A stretch of DNA of 64,000 nt from an uncultured bacterium (GTDB lineage Bacteria; Bacillota_I; Bacilli_A; RFN20; CAG-826): positions 23,734-87,733 of the forward strand of contig CASGAB010000002.1 of the NCBI GenBank assembly GCA_949299395.1. Reading direction: 5' to 3'. Every line of letters starts with the position of its first letter. Within the stretch, counting starts at the first letter, position 1. Both the position numbers and the translations under genes were made by a program. The notes beneath the pieces were generated by a model, which had not been told where the DNA came from, did not search any database, and saw nothing but the letters and a program-made list of their open reading frames with translations. Of the stretch, positions 25,600 through 35,521 are shown in pieces.

Positions 25600-27510
25600 A
25601 TGGCAATTTTATCTTTTTCAAATGTTTCTAAAGTATTTGATAATGAGGTGATTTTAGATCACGTCACTTTTCAAATTAATAAAAATGAAAAAGTTGCTTT
25701 AATCGGTTCAAATGGAACTGGTAAAACAACCATAATGAAATTAATTTTAAGAGAAATTGAACCTACTTTAATGAAAAAAGAAGATAAGGTTGGAGAAATT
25801 TCTCTTTTAAAAGACATTAAAGTTGGCTATTTAGACCAAAACGCTATTAAAAATATCAATAACACCGTTAAAGAGGAGTTAGAAGAAGTTTTCGCTTCTT
25901 ATAAATTACTCGAAAAGAAATTAAACGATATCACTGCTAAACTTTCTGACGAACAAAGTAATGAAGAATTGTTAAAAAAATATAATGATATTATAGAAAA
26001 TCCTGAATATGCAGATAATTTTGACTACGAAAACAAAATTAAGACACTTGTTTCTAAATTTTCTTTTCCTTTATCAATATTAGATAAACAAATCTCATCA
26101 TTAAGTGGTGGTGAAAGAATGAAAATTGCCTTTATAAAATTACTTTTAGCAAGATTTGATCTTTTACTTTTAGATGAACCTACAAACCACTTAGATATTT
26201 CTACCATTGAATGGTTAGAAAATTATTTGAAAGATTATGAAGGAACAATTTTTTTCATTTCTCATGATAGATATTTTATTGAAAAACTATCGAATAAAAT
26301 TATCGAACTCGAAAGAGCAAAAGTTACAACTTATAACACAACTTATGAGAATTACTTAGTCGAAAAAGAGAATAAATATAAGGAATTAGTTGAGCGTTAT
26401 AAAAAAGAAGAAGAGATAATGGCCCATTATAAAAAATTTATCGAATATTATCGTTATAAACCACGTTTTGTTGGAAGAGTAAAAGATAGAATAAAAAAGC
26501 TCGAACGAATTGAAGAAAATCATATCGCTGAACCAAAAAAAGAAAATAAAAATATTAAGATTAATTTAAGCGGTGGCAATTTAAAAAATAAGGAATTATT
26601 AGAAGTAAAAAACTTATTTATTGGTTATCAAAATGAAGATGAAACTGGTGAAGTCTCTCTTTTAAATAACCCAATTTCATTTTCTATTTATGGAAAAGAC
26701 CGCTTAGCAGTTATTGGAGATAACGGAATTGGAAAAACAACTCTAGTTAAAACTATTTTAGGTCAAATTCCTGCAATTAATGGCGAGATTATTCAAAAAA
26801 GAAGTTTAAATATCGGTTATATTAAACAAAATGACCACACTTTTAAAAAAGGTGAAGATATCTTAACTCATTTAAAAAATATTAATACTTTAAAAAGCGA
26901 AAGAGAATTAAGAACTGCTTTAGGAAGATTCCTCTTTAAAAAGGAAGAGGTTTTTAAAGATGTTTCCTTTTTATCAAATGGGGAAAAGATGAGAGTTAAT
27001 CTTTGTGAACTTATGCTTTCTAGCTACGATCTTTTAATATTAGATGAACCTACAAACCATTTAGATATGATTACTAAAGAATGTTTAATCGAAGGTTTAA
27101 AAGACTATGAAGGAGCGATAATTTTTATTTCTCATGACCGTTATTTTATTAATGAAATTGCGGATTTTATCCTTTATTTATCAAAAGATATGGTTGAATA
27201 TTTTGAAGGAAATTATGATGAACTCAAACTCTCTTTAGATAATGAAATTTCTATTAATGAAACAAAAGAAACAATTAAGGAAGAGAAAAAAGAAGAACTA
27301 ATTTACGATAAAAGAGATGTAAAAGAAAAATTATCGAAAAATATGATTAATGAACTTACTAAAAGAATGGAAGAAATCGAACAAGATTTAGCGACCATTG
27401 ATACTCTTTTAGAAGAAGATTTTAGCGATTATAAAAAAATTGAAGAACTTCAAGACAATAAAGAAGCTTTAGAAAAAGAATATTTAGAGATATTAAAAAA
27501 ACTTAATTAA
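25600..27510 (+). CDS. ABC-F family ribosome-associated ATPase
   Basis: Two NBDs (GSNGTGKTT, LSGGE, LDEPTNHLD; GDNGIGKTT, LSNGE, LDEPTNHLD), no TM domain, C-terminal coiled coil. Confidence 0.93.
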   Translation: MAILSFSNVSKVFDNEVILDHVTFQINKNEKVALIGSNGTGKTTIMKLILREIEPTLMKKEDKVGEISLLKDIKVGYLDQNAIKNINNTVKEELEEVFASYKLLEKKLNDITAKLSDEQSNEELLKKYNDIIENPEYADNFDYENKIKTLVSKFSFPLSILDKQISSLSGGERMKIAFIKLLLARFDLLLLDEPTNHLDISTIEWLENYLKDYEGTIFFISHDRYFIEKLSNKIIELERAKVTTYNTTYENYLVEKENKYKELVERYKKEEEIMAHYKKFIEYYRYKPRFVGRVKDRIKKLERIEENHIAEPKKENKNIKINLSGGNLKNKELLEVKNLFIGYQNEDETGEVSLLNNPISFSIYGKDRLAVIGDNGIGKTTLVKTILGQIPAINGEIIQKRSLNIGYIKQNDHTFKKGEDILTHLKNINTLKSERELRTALGRFLFKKEEVFKDVSFLSNGEKMRVNLCELMLSSYDLLILDEPTNHLDMITKECLIEGLKDYEGAIIFISHDRYFINEIADFILYLSKDMVEYFEGNYDELKLSLDNEISINETKETIKEEKKEELIYDKRDVKEKLSKNMINELTKRMEEIEQDLATIDTLLEEDFSDYKKIEELQDNKEALEKEYLEILKKLN

Positions 27511-27525
27511 TTCTATAATTAAGGT

Positions 27526-27930
27526 ATGTTAAATATCACAACGATAAAAAAATATATCAAAGGAATCGAAGATAATAAGAAAAAAGTTGTTACGGTTTCT
27601 ATTCTTTCAAAAACGATTGGAATTAAAGAAGAAATTATTAAAGAAGATTTAATTACGCTTATTCCTTTAATTAATTTTGATGACTCCCTTAATTTAAGAG
27701 ACTATCTCTCTGATTTAAAAAAAGAAGAAGAAAAAATTGAAGAAGGAAGAATAGTTAAAAAAAGAATTGTTAAAAATCATGAAGCGGAAGAATATGAAGG
27801 AATTATAGATTATATTTATAAAAACGCTTGTGTTGAAGGGGGAGTTTTAGATCTAGGTTATACTTTAACTCCTAAAGATCTATCAATTATTTCAAAATTA
27901 CTAACTGAAGAGAAGAAAAAACGGAAATAA
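27526..27930 (+). CDS. Hypothetical protein with possible Rex-like N-terminal winged HTH
   Basis: KKYIKGIE..KKKVVTVSILSKTIGIKEEIIKEDL weakly resembles the Rex DNA-binding domain. Confidence 0.4.
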   Translation: MLNITTIKKYIKGIEDNKKKVVTVSILSKTIGIKEEIIKEDLITLIPLINFDDSLNLRDYLSDLKKEEEKIEEGRIVKKRIVKNHEAEEYEGIIDYIYKNACVEGGVLDLGYTLTPKDLSIISKLLTEEKKKRK

Positions 27931-27942
27931 TTCCGTTTTTTT
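27916..27942 (+). terminator. Intrinsic terminator overlapping the stop codon
   Basis: AAAAAACGGAA-ataa-TTCCGTTTTTTT. Confidence 0.75.
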
Positions 27943-28051
27943 ATTAATTTTGAGTCGTAAAAATAATAATTAATTTTTCTTAATAACTAATGGAAATTGA
28001 TAATTTAAAAATATATAATATTTTTGTTTAGAAAAATAAGGAGAAATTACA

Positions 28052-31000
28052 ATGGCAGAAATTAAAAAGACAATGCTTAGTGTTGATGGTAATACCGCTG
28101 CTGCTTTAATGAGCTATAATTTCACTGAAGTCGCTGGTATTTTCCCAATTACTCCATCTTCACCAATGGCAAACTATGTCGACATTTATGCTTCACAAGG
28201 TAAGAAAAACTTTTTTGGAAGCACTGTAAAAGTTTGCGAAATGCAATCTGAAGGTGGTGCTTCTGGTGCAGTCCATGGTGCTTTACAAGGTGGTGCTTTC
28301 TCAACAACTTATACAGCATCTCAAGGATTACTTTTAATGATTCCAAACATCTATAAATGGTGTGGTGAATTACTTCCTGCAGTTTTACATGTTTCAGCAA
28401 GAAGCTTAGCTACAAGAGCTCTTTCAATCTTTGGTGATCACCAAGACGTTTATTCAATTAGACAAAGTGGAATCGCTCTTTTATGTTCAGATAGCGTTCA
28501 AGAAGTCGCTGATTTAGCTAGTGTTGCTCACTTAATCGCAATCGATGCTGAATATCCAGTCTGTCACTTCTTTGATGGTTTCAGAACATCACACGAAATC
28601 CAAAACGTTGAATTCTTAGCAGACGAAGAATGGAAAAAATTAGTTCCATGGGATAAAGTTGCTAAATTCAAAGCAAGAGCATTAAATCCACACGGACATG
28701 CTGTCACAAGAGGCGGTGCTGAAAATGACGATATCTACTTCCAAGGTAGAGAAGCACAAAATAAACATTTCGAAAATGTTTTACCAATTGCTAAAAAATA
28801 TTTTGAAAAAGTTAGCGAAATGACTGGAAGAACATATGCTCCATTTGTTTATGAAGGTGCTAGCGATGCTACTAAAGTTATCATTGCTATGGGTAGTGTT
28901 AACGAAACAGCTCATGAAGTTGTTGAAGATTTAACTAAAAAAGGTGAAAAAGTTGGTTTAATTAGAGTTCACCTCTATAGACCATTCTCAGCTGAAGATT
29001 TAGTTGCTGTTATTCCTTTAACATGTAAAGAATTAGCCGTTTTAGATAGAACAAAAGAATTAGGTAGTGTTGGTGAAGCTCTTTATGAAGATGTCTGCTC
29101 AGCATTATTATTACAAGATAAAACAGACCTTAAAGTTATCGGTGGAAGATATGGTTTATCTTCAAAAGATACTCAACCAAAACACATCAAATCAGTTTAT
29201 GATTGGATGTTAAGTGGTAATGAACACCATAACTTTACAGTTGGTATCAATGATGATGTTACACATCTTTCAGTCCCAGTTGATGAAAATTATGAAATCG
29301 CACATACATATACATCATGCTTATTCTATGGTTTAGGTAGTGATGGTACAGTCGGTGCTAATAAATCATCAGTTAAAATTATCGGTGATGCTACACACCA
29401 ATATGCTCAAGCTTACTTCGCATATGACTCAAGAAAATCAGGTGGTATCACACGTTCACACTTAAGATTTGGTAAAGAACCAATTCATTCAACATATTAC
29501 GTTGAACACGCAGACTTCATCTCATCATCAGTTGATACATACGTTTTAAAACTCGATATGTTAAAGAATTTAAAGAATGGCGGTACATTCTTACTCAACA
29601 CTGATATGGATGATGAAACATTAATCGGATCATTACCAGATAGAGTTAAATATCAACTCGCAACAAAGAATGCAAAATTCTATGTTATCGATGCTAATAA
29701 GATTGCTCTTGAAATTGGTATGGGTAGACACACCAATACAATTCTCCAAAGTGCATTCTTCTACTTAAATCCACAAATTATGCCTTATGAAGATGCTAAT
29801 AAATGGATGAAGAAATTAGCAGAAAAAACATATGGTAGAAAAGGTCAAGAAGTCGTCGAACTCAACTATAAAGCAATTGATAGTGGTACAGAAGGATTAA
29901 GAGAAGTTAAAGTTGACCCAGCATGGAAAGATTTAGACTTCAAACGTGTCAGAACTGAAACAGGTGATGACTATTTTGATTCATATGTTGATCACATCGG
30001 TACACTTGATGGTTACGATCTCCCAGTTTCAAAATTCACAGAATATGAATTATTAGATGGAACAATGAGAGAAGATGTTTCTTTCAAAGAAGCAAGAAGT
30101 ATTGCTGATAGAGTTCCAGTTTGGAATAAAGACGCTTGTGTCCAATGTAACAACTGTGCATTCGTCTGTCCTCACGCAACAATTAGACCATTCTTATTAA
30201 CTGAAGAAGAAGTCGCTAAAGGACCAGAAGGTTTAGCAGAATTAACAAAAGATGCAGTTGGTCCAACAGTCCAAGGCTATAAATTCATTATCCAAGTCTC
30301 ACCAAAAAACTGTGTCGGTTGTGGACTTTGCGTTAAAGAATGTTTAGCTAATAAAACAGCTCAAAAACTTGGAAACGACAAATTCGCTCTTAAGATGGTT
30401 GAAGCTAAATCACAATTCGAAAATGAAAAATATGCACAATATTTATTCAAAAATGTCGAATATAAAGCTGATAAATTCCCACTCAACACAGTTAAAGGTG
30501 TTGCATTCTTAATGCCATATATGGAAATTAGTGGTGCTTGTGCTGGCTGTGGCGAAACTCCTTATTATGAATTATTATCAAGATTATTCGGTAAAGACTT
30601 AATGATTGGTAACGCAACTGGTTGTTCATCAATCTATTCTGGTTCAACTCCAGTTACACCATTCGTTAATGATAAAAACCATAATGGTGTTGCATGGTCT
30701 AACTCCTTATTCGAAGACAATGCTGAATTCGGTTATGGTATGAGACTTGCTACCGACTATAAACTCGCATTAATTTCAACAATCCTCACATCTGCAAAAG
30801 AAAGAGGTGTTGAACCTGAATTAGCAGATTTAATCGATAGATATCTCGCAAATATCAAGAATAAAGATGAAGCAAGAAAAATTGCTCCAGAATTAATTAA
30901 AGCTGTTGAAGCTAGTAAAGATGAAGAAGTCAAAGCTATCCTCAACTTAAAAGAAGACTTAGTTGATAAATCTGTCTGGATCATCGGTGGTGATGGTTGG

Positions 31001-31615
31001 GCATATGATATTGGTTACGGCGGACTTGATCACGTTTTAGCAAGTGAAGATGATATCAATGTTATGGTCCTTGATACTGAAGTTTATTCAAATACTGGTG
31101 GTCAATCATCAAAATCATCTCAAGCAGGTTCAATTGCTCAATTTACCGCTAGTGGTAAGAGACAAAATAAGAAGAACTTAGCATTAATGGCTATGAGCTA
31201 TGGTAATGTCTATGTTGCTCAAGTTGCTTTAGGTGCAAACCCAATGGCTGCAATTAAAGCATTCAAAGAAGCTGAAAGTTATAATGGACCATCCTTAATT
31301 ATCTGTTATGCTCCATGTATTAACCAAGGTATTAAAGGTGGCTTATCTAACTCAATTGAAACTGAAAGAGCAGCAGTTGAATGTGGTTACTTCACAACAT
31401 TCAGATATGATCCACGTTTAGCAGAAGAAGGTAAGGCTCCATTACAACTCGATTGTAAAGAACCAGACTTCACTAAGGTTCGTGAATTCATTATGAAAGA
31501 AACAAGATATAACCAATTACCAAAAATCAACCCAGATCATTACGAAGAATTATTCGCTAAAAACGAAAAAGCTTGTAAAGATAGATGGGAAAGAATTAAA
31601 AAATTCGGTTTATAA
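28052..31615 (+). CDS. nifJ: Pyruvate:ferredoxin (flavodoxin) oxidoreductase, single chain
   Basis: FPITPSS, MQSEGGA, FDGFRTSHE, GLGSDGTVGANK, two CxxCxxCxxxC ferredoxin motifs, GACAGCGE, GGDGWAYDIG, LDTEVYSNTGGQ. Confidence 0.97.
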   Translation: MAEIKKTMLSVDGNTAAALMSYNFTEVAGIFPITPSSPMANYVDIYASQGKKNFFGSTVKVCEMQSEGGASGAVHGALQGGAFSTTYTASQGLLLMIPNIYKWCGELLPAVLHVSARSLATRALSIFGDHQDVYSIRQSGIALLCSDSVQEVADLASVAHLIAIDAEYPVCHFFDGFRTSHEIQNVEFLADEEWKKLVPWDKVAKFKARALNPHGHAVTRGGAENDDIYFQGREAQNKHFENVLPIAKKYFEKVSEMTGRTYAPFVYEGASDATKVIIAMGSVNETAHEVVEDLTKKGEKVGLIRVHLYRPFSAEDLVAVIPLTCKELAVLDRTKELGSVGEALYEDVCSALLLQDKTDLKVIGGRYGLSSKDTQPKHIKSVYDWMLSGNEHHNFTVGINDDVTHLSVPVDENYEIAHTYTSCLFYGLGSDGTVGANKSSVKIIGDATHQYAQAYFAYDSRKSGGITRSHLRFGKEPIHSTYYVEHADFISSSVDTYVLKLDMLKNLKNGGTFLLNTDMDDETLIGSLPDRVKYQLATKNAKFYVIDANKIALEIGMGRHTNTILQSAFFYLNPQIMPYEDANKWMKKLAEKTYGRKGQEVVELNYKAIDSGTEGLREVKVDPAWKDLDFKRVRTETGDDYFDSYVDHIGTLDGYDLPVSKFTEYELLDGTMREDVSFKEARSIADRVPVWNKDACVQCNNCAFVCPHATIRPFLLTEEEVAKGPEGLAELTKDAVGPTVQGYKFIIQVSPKNCVGCGLCVKECLANKTAQKLGNDKFALKMVEAKSQFENEKYAQYLFKNVEYKADKFPLNTVKGVAFLMPYMEISGACAGCGETPYYELLSRLFGKDLMIGNATGCSSIYSGSTPVTPFVNDKNHNGVAWSNSLFEDNAEFGYGMRLATDYKLALISTILTSAKERGVEPELADLIDRYLANIKNKDEARKIAPELIKAVEASKDEEVKAILNLKEDLVDKSVWIIGGDGWAYDIGYGGLDHVLASEDDINVMVLDTEVYSNTGGQSSKSSQAGSIAQFTASGKRQNKKNLALMAMSYGNVYVAQVALGANPMAAIKAFKEAESYNGPSLIICYAPCINQGIKGGLSNSIETERAAVECGYFTTFRYDPRLAEEGKAPLQLDCKEPDFTKVREFIMKETRYNQLPKINPDHYEELFAKNEKACKDRWERIKKFGL

Positions 31616-31635
31616 TCTAAGTTTCTAGACACACT

Positions 31636-31662
31636 AAAAGGCCCATGAAATTGGGCCTTTTT
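31636..31662 (+). terminator. Intrinsic terminator
   Basis: AAAAGGCCCA-tgaaat-TGGGCCTTTTT. Confidence 0.85.
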
Positions 31663-31730
31663 ATATTTTTCTATTATAAAATTTATTATTAGTTATAATT
31701 AATATATAAGATTTAAATGAGGAAAAAATA

Positions 31731-32246
31731 ATGGAATTAAATGAAGCAATTTTAAAAAGAAGAAGTAGAAGATCATATTTAACTAAAGAAGTTGAGGAAG
31801 AAAAGATTGAAAAGATTTTATTTGCTGGAATGCATGCTCCAATTGCTAATGGCAAATATGATAATTTAGTTATTAAAGTTTATAAGGGTGAAAAATTAAA
31901 AAATATTCAAAATAAATTATTAAAATTAATTGGTAATGATAATTTTTATAATGCTCCTTTAGCAATCTTTATTTATCATAAAGGAAATAATGTTGATCTA
32001 GCTAATTTAGATAGTGGTGCAGTTATTGAAAATATGTTGCTTGAAGCAACTTCTTTAGATTTAGGAAGTTTATTTATCTATTCTTTTGTAAGAATTTCTA
32101 AAGCAAGGGAAGAATTAAAAGAATATTTTTCATTTAATAGAGGCGAAGATGAATTTATTTTAAGAAGTGTTGTTTCTATTGGTTATATTGATGATCTATC
32201 TTTACATGAAGTTCCTCATAAAATTGAAGTTATTAAAGAATATTAA
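31731..32246 (+). CDS. Nitroreductase-family flavoprotein
   Basis: AILKRRSRRSY, HAP.ANG, FYNAP, D.GAVIENMLLEATSLDLGS. Confidence 0.85.
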   Translation: MELNEAILKRRSRRSYLTKEVEEEKIEKILFAGMHAPIANGKYDNLVIKVYKGEKLKNIQNKLLKLIGNDNFYNAPLAIFIYHKGNNVDLANLDSGAVIENMLLEATSLDLGSLFIYSFVRISKAREELKEYFSFNRGEDEFILRSVVSIGYIDDLSLHEVPHKIEVIKEY

Positions 32247-32262
32247 TCATTATTTATATATT

Positions 32263-32304
32263 AAAAAGAGAAAATCACATCACTTTAGATGTGATTTTTC
32301 TTTT
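32263..32304 (+). terminator. Intrinsic terminator
   Basis: AAAATCACATC-acttta-GATGTGATTTT followed by a T-rich tail. Confidence 0.75.
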
Positions 32305-32364
32305 ATTAGTCATAAATATTGTATATAATAGTTTTCAATACTAGATGAGGTATTATTTAAAATT

Positions 32365-33087
32365 ATGAGTGTTAATGAAATTGAATTACCAAATTATCGA
32401 TTAAGACATGAACTATTTAACTCTATTTCACATGGAGCTGGAGTTCTTTTCGGGATTATTATTTTTATTTTAATGATGTTAAAAATAAACGGAGTTTTCA
32501 TTCCTAATGAACTTCATTTAAAAGATAATATCGATGTAATATATGCAAATATATCGGTAGTTATCTACTTTTTAGGTGTTTTGACTTGTATGACGATGTC
32601 AACAATTTATCACGCTTTAAAAAAGAATAATGGTAAAAGAGTTTTCAGAGTATTAGATCATTCTTTTATATTTTTACTTGTTTTTGGAACTTATGTTCCT
32701 TATTCTTTAATAACTTTAAGGGAAGTAGATGTATTTTCGATTCCTAATACCCCTTATACTGGATGGATTTTATTAACTTTAGTATTTATTTTATGTACTT
32801 CAGGAATAGTTTTTAATTCTATAAATATTAAAAAGTTTGCAGCCTTTAGTATGGTTATGTATATTGTTGGTGGTTGGTCAATTTTATTTTTTGTTCACGA
32901 AATATTTACTTCATTAGATTTTAATGGTTTTATGCTTCTTCTTTTTGGAGGAATTTCTTTTTCTATTGGTGCAGTATTATATGGAATTGGTTCTAAAAAG
33001 AGTGTTTGGTGGCATACAGTTTTCCATTTTTTCGTACTTTTTGGAGTTATTTTACAAGGCTTATCAATTTATCTATATGTTTTATAA
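32365..33087 (+). CDS. PAQR/hemolysin III-family membrane protein
   Basis: ELFNSISHG, STIYH, VLDHSFIFLLVFGTYVPY, HTVFHFFVL; about seven TM helices. Confidence 0.9.
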   Translation: MSVNEIELPNYRLRHELFNSISHGAGVLFGIIIFILMMLKINGVFIPNELHLKDNIDVIYANISVVIYFLGVLTCMTMSTIYHALKKNNGKRVFRVLDHSFIFLLVFGTYVPYSLITLREVDVFSIPNTPYTGWILLTLVFILCTSGIVFNSINIKKFAAFSMVMYIVGGWSILFFVHEIFTSLDFNGFMLLLFGGISFSIGAVLYGIGSKKSVWWHTVFHFFVLFGVILQGLSIYLYVL

Positions 33088-33120
33088 CAATTCGATAAAT
33101 TTTTACTCGAATTTTATCGT

Positions 33121-33161
33121 AAAAAAGTTAAGAAAAATCGTTTTGAGTTCTTAACTTTTTT
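33121..33161 (+). terminator. Intrinsic terminator
   Basis: AAAAAAGTTAAGAA...TTCTTAACTTTTTT. Confidence 0.65.
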
Positions 33162-33206
33162 TATTGTTTTTAATATAATTTAAGAGTCATTTTGAGGAGA
33201 AAAATT

Positions 33207-34049
33207 ATGTACAAAATTGTAAGAAAACATGTTTTTAATCCAACAGAAACCTTATTCGAAATCGAAGCACCTGAAATTGCAAAAAAAGCTCAGCCAGGCC
33301 AATTCGTTATTCTTAGAGGCGATGAAAATGCAGAAAGAATTCCTCTTACAATCGGAGGTTTTGACAAAGAAAAAGGCACTGTCACTGTCATTTTCCAAAT
33401 TGTTGGAGCAGGTACTTTTAAGCTTAATCAACTTAATGAAGGCGATTCATTACACGATTTCGTTGGACCTTTAGGTAGACCAACAGAAATTACCGGTGAA
33501 AAAGTTTGTGTCGTTGGTGGTGGATTAGGATGTGCTATTGCTTATCCAATTGCTAAAGCTTTCCACGATGCAGGTAAAGATGTTACATCTATCGCTGGAT
33601 TTAGAACCAAAGATTTAGTTATCTTAGCTGATGAATTCGAAGCTAATTCTACTAAATTTATTCCATGTTCTGATGATGGAACTTATGGAACAAAAGGTGT
33701 TGTTACTGGACCTTTAGAAGAAATGCTTAAAAATGGTGAAAAATTTGATAAAGTTATCACTATTGGTCCTGTTATCATGATGAAATTTGTTACAGAAGTT
33801 TGTAGAAAATATAATGTTCCAGAATGTGTTTGTTCAATGAACCCAATCATGATTGATGGAACAGGTATGTGTGGTTGCTGCCGTTTAACAGTTGGTGGCA
33901 AAACAAAATTTGCTTGTGTCGACGGCCCAGATTTCGATGCTTATGAAGTTGACTTTGAAGAAGCAATGAATAGAGGAAGATTCTATAAAGCATTTGAAAA
34001 GAAAGCATATGAAGATGCATGCAATTTATTCAAAAAGGAAGGTAAATAG
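33207..34049 (+). CDS. nfnA: Electron-bifurcating transhydrogenase small subunit (NfnA/SudB-like)
   Basis: PGQFVILR, RIPLTI, GPLG, GGGLG, GPVIMM, CGCC, CVDGPDF. ATG 33207 follows GAGGAG and is preferred to the track's TTG. Confidence 0.85.
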   Translation: MYKIVRKHVFNPTETLFEIEAPEIAKKAQPGQFVILRGDENAERIPLTIGGFDKEKGTVTVIFQIVGAGTFKLNQLNEGDSLHDFVGPLGRPTEITGEKVCVVGGGLGCAIAYPIAKAFHDAGKDVTSIAGFRTKDLVILADEFEANSTKFIPCSDDGTYGTKGVVTGPLEEMLKNGEKFDKVITIGPVIMMKFVTEVCRKYNVPECVCSMNPIMIDGTGMCGCCRLTVGGKTKFACVDGPDFDAYEVDFEEAMNRGRFYKAFEKKAYEDACNLFKKEGK

Positions 34050-34051
34050 GT

Positions 34052-35461
34052 ATGTTTAGCGAATACAAAATGAATCCAAGAAAAGATAAAAATCCAATGC
34101 CTTCTCAAGATCCTCAAGTTAGAGCCCACAATTTTGAAGAAGTTGCTACAGGATATACAGCTGAAATGGCAATTGATGAAGCTAAAAGATGTATCGGCTG
34201 TCCAAATAAACCATGTGTTGAACATTGTCCTGTTAATATTAATATTCCTGATTTTATTCATGAAGTTGCTTTAGGAAATTTCGAAAAAGCATATGAAATT
34301 ATTTCAGAATCAAGCTCATTACCAGCTGTTTGTGGTAGAGTTTGTCCTCAAGAAACTCAATGTGAAATGAAATGTACAAGAGGTATCGCTCCAGGAAGTG
34401 AACCTGTTGCTATTGGTAGACTTGAAAGATTTGTTGCTGATTACCACAATGCTCATGCAACAGATGCTGAAGTTAATATTGTTAAAAACGGTCATAAAGT
34501 TGCTGTTATCGGTTCAGGTCCATCTGGTTTAACTTGTGCTGGTGATTTAGCTAAAAAAGGTTATGATGTTACAGTTTTTGAAGCTTTACACTTAGCTGGT
34601 GGCGTTTTAGTTTATGGTATTCCAGAATTCAGATTACCAAAAGCTATCGTTCAAAAAGAAGTTGAAGGCTTAAAGAAACTTGGTGTTAAAATCGAAACAA
34701 ATATGGTTATTGGTAGAGTCATTACTATTGATGAACTTCAAAAAGAATATGGTTTTGAAGCTATCTTCATCGGAAGTGGCGCTGGTTTACCAAACTTCTT
34801 AGGAATTCCTGGTGAAAACTTAAATGGTGTTTATAGTGCTAATGAATTCTTAACAAGAACTAACTTAATGAAAGCATATTTACCAGATTCAAATACTCCA
34901 ATTGAACATGCAAAACGTGTTGCTGTTGTTGGTGGTGGTAACGTTGCAATGGATGCAGCTAGATGTGCTCTTAGACTTGGTGCTGAACATGTCTATGTTG
35001 TTTATAGAAGAAGTATGGAAGAACTTCCTGCTAGAGCTGAAGAAGTTCACCATGCTATGGAAGAAGGAATCGACTTTACAACTTTACTTAAAAACCCAGT
35101 TGAAATCTATGGTGATGAAAACGGTTTAGTTAAAGGAATGAAAGTTGAAGTTATGGAACTTGGAGAACCTGATGCAAGTGGTAGAAGAAGACCGGTTGGT
35201 ACAGGAAAATATGAAGATTTAGATGTTGATTGTGTCATTATCTCAATTGGTACATCTCCAAACCCATTAATTAAACATACTACCGAAGGATTAGAAACAA
35301 ATAATCACGGTTGTATTATTACTAAAAATGAAAGTGGCTTAACATCTCGTGAACATGTTTATGCGGGCGGAGATGCAGTTACTGGAGCTGCTACTGTTAT
35401 CTTAGCTATGGGAGCAGGAAAACATGCTGCTAAAGCTATTGATGAAGAATTATCTAAATAA
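34052..35461 (+). CDS. nfnB: Electron-bifurcating transhydrogenase large subunit (NfnB/SudA-like)
   Basis: RC..C....C...CP, CGRVCPQE.QC, GSGPSGL, YGIPEFRLP, GGGNVAMDAAR, GGDAVTG. Paired with nfnA; no gltB nearby. Confidence 0.85.
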   Translation: MFSEYKMNPRKDKNPMPSQDPQVRAHNFEEVATGYTAEMAIDEAKRCIGCPNKPCVEHCPVNINIPDFIHEVALGNFEKAYEIISESSSLPAVCGRVCPQETQCEMKCTRGIAPGSEPVAIGRLERFVADYHNAHATDAEVNIVKNGHKVAVIGSGPSGLTCAGDLAKKGYDVTVFEALHLAGGVLVYGIPEFRLPKAIVQKEVEGLKKLGVKIETNMVIGRVITIDELQKEYGFEAIFIGSGAGLPNFLGIPGENLNGVYSANEFLTRTNLMKAYLPDSNTPIEHAKRVAVVGGGNVAMDAARCALRLGAEHVYVVYRRSMEELPARAEEVHHAMEEGIDFTTLLKNPVEIYGDENGLVKGMKVEVMELGEPDASGRRRPVGTGKYEDLDVDCVIISIGTSPNPLIKHTTEGLETNNHGCIITKNESGLTSREHVYAGGDAVTGAATVILAMGAGKHAAKAIDEELSK

Positions 35462-35476
35462 TTAATTATTGATATT

Positions 35477-35512
35477 AAAAAAGAGCAAATTCGTTGATAA
35501 TTTGCTCTTTTT
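35477..35512. terminator. Bidirectional terminator between convergent nfnB and asnA
   Basis: AAAAAAGAGCAAATT-cgttgat-AATTTGCTCTTTTT. Confidence 0.85.
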
Positions 35513-35521
35513 ATATTGTTT

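Noticed and set aside
32365-33087. Haemolysin virulence factor
   Set aside because: HlyIII/PAQR proteins are widespread membrane-homeostasis proteins; nothing in the context suggests a toxin locus.
34052-35461. Glutamate synthase small subunit
   Set aside because: Paired with an NfnA/SudB-type gene and no gltB in the window; NfnB fits better.
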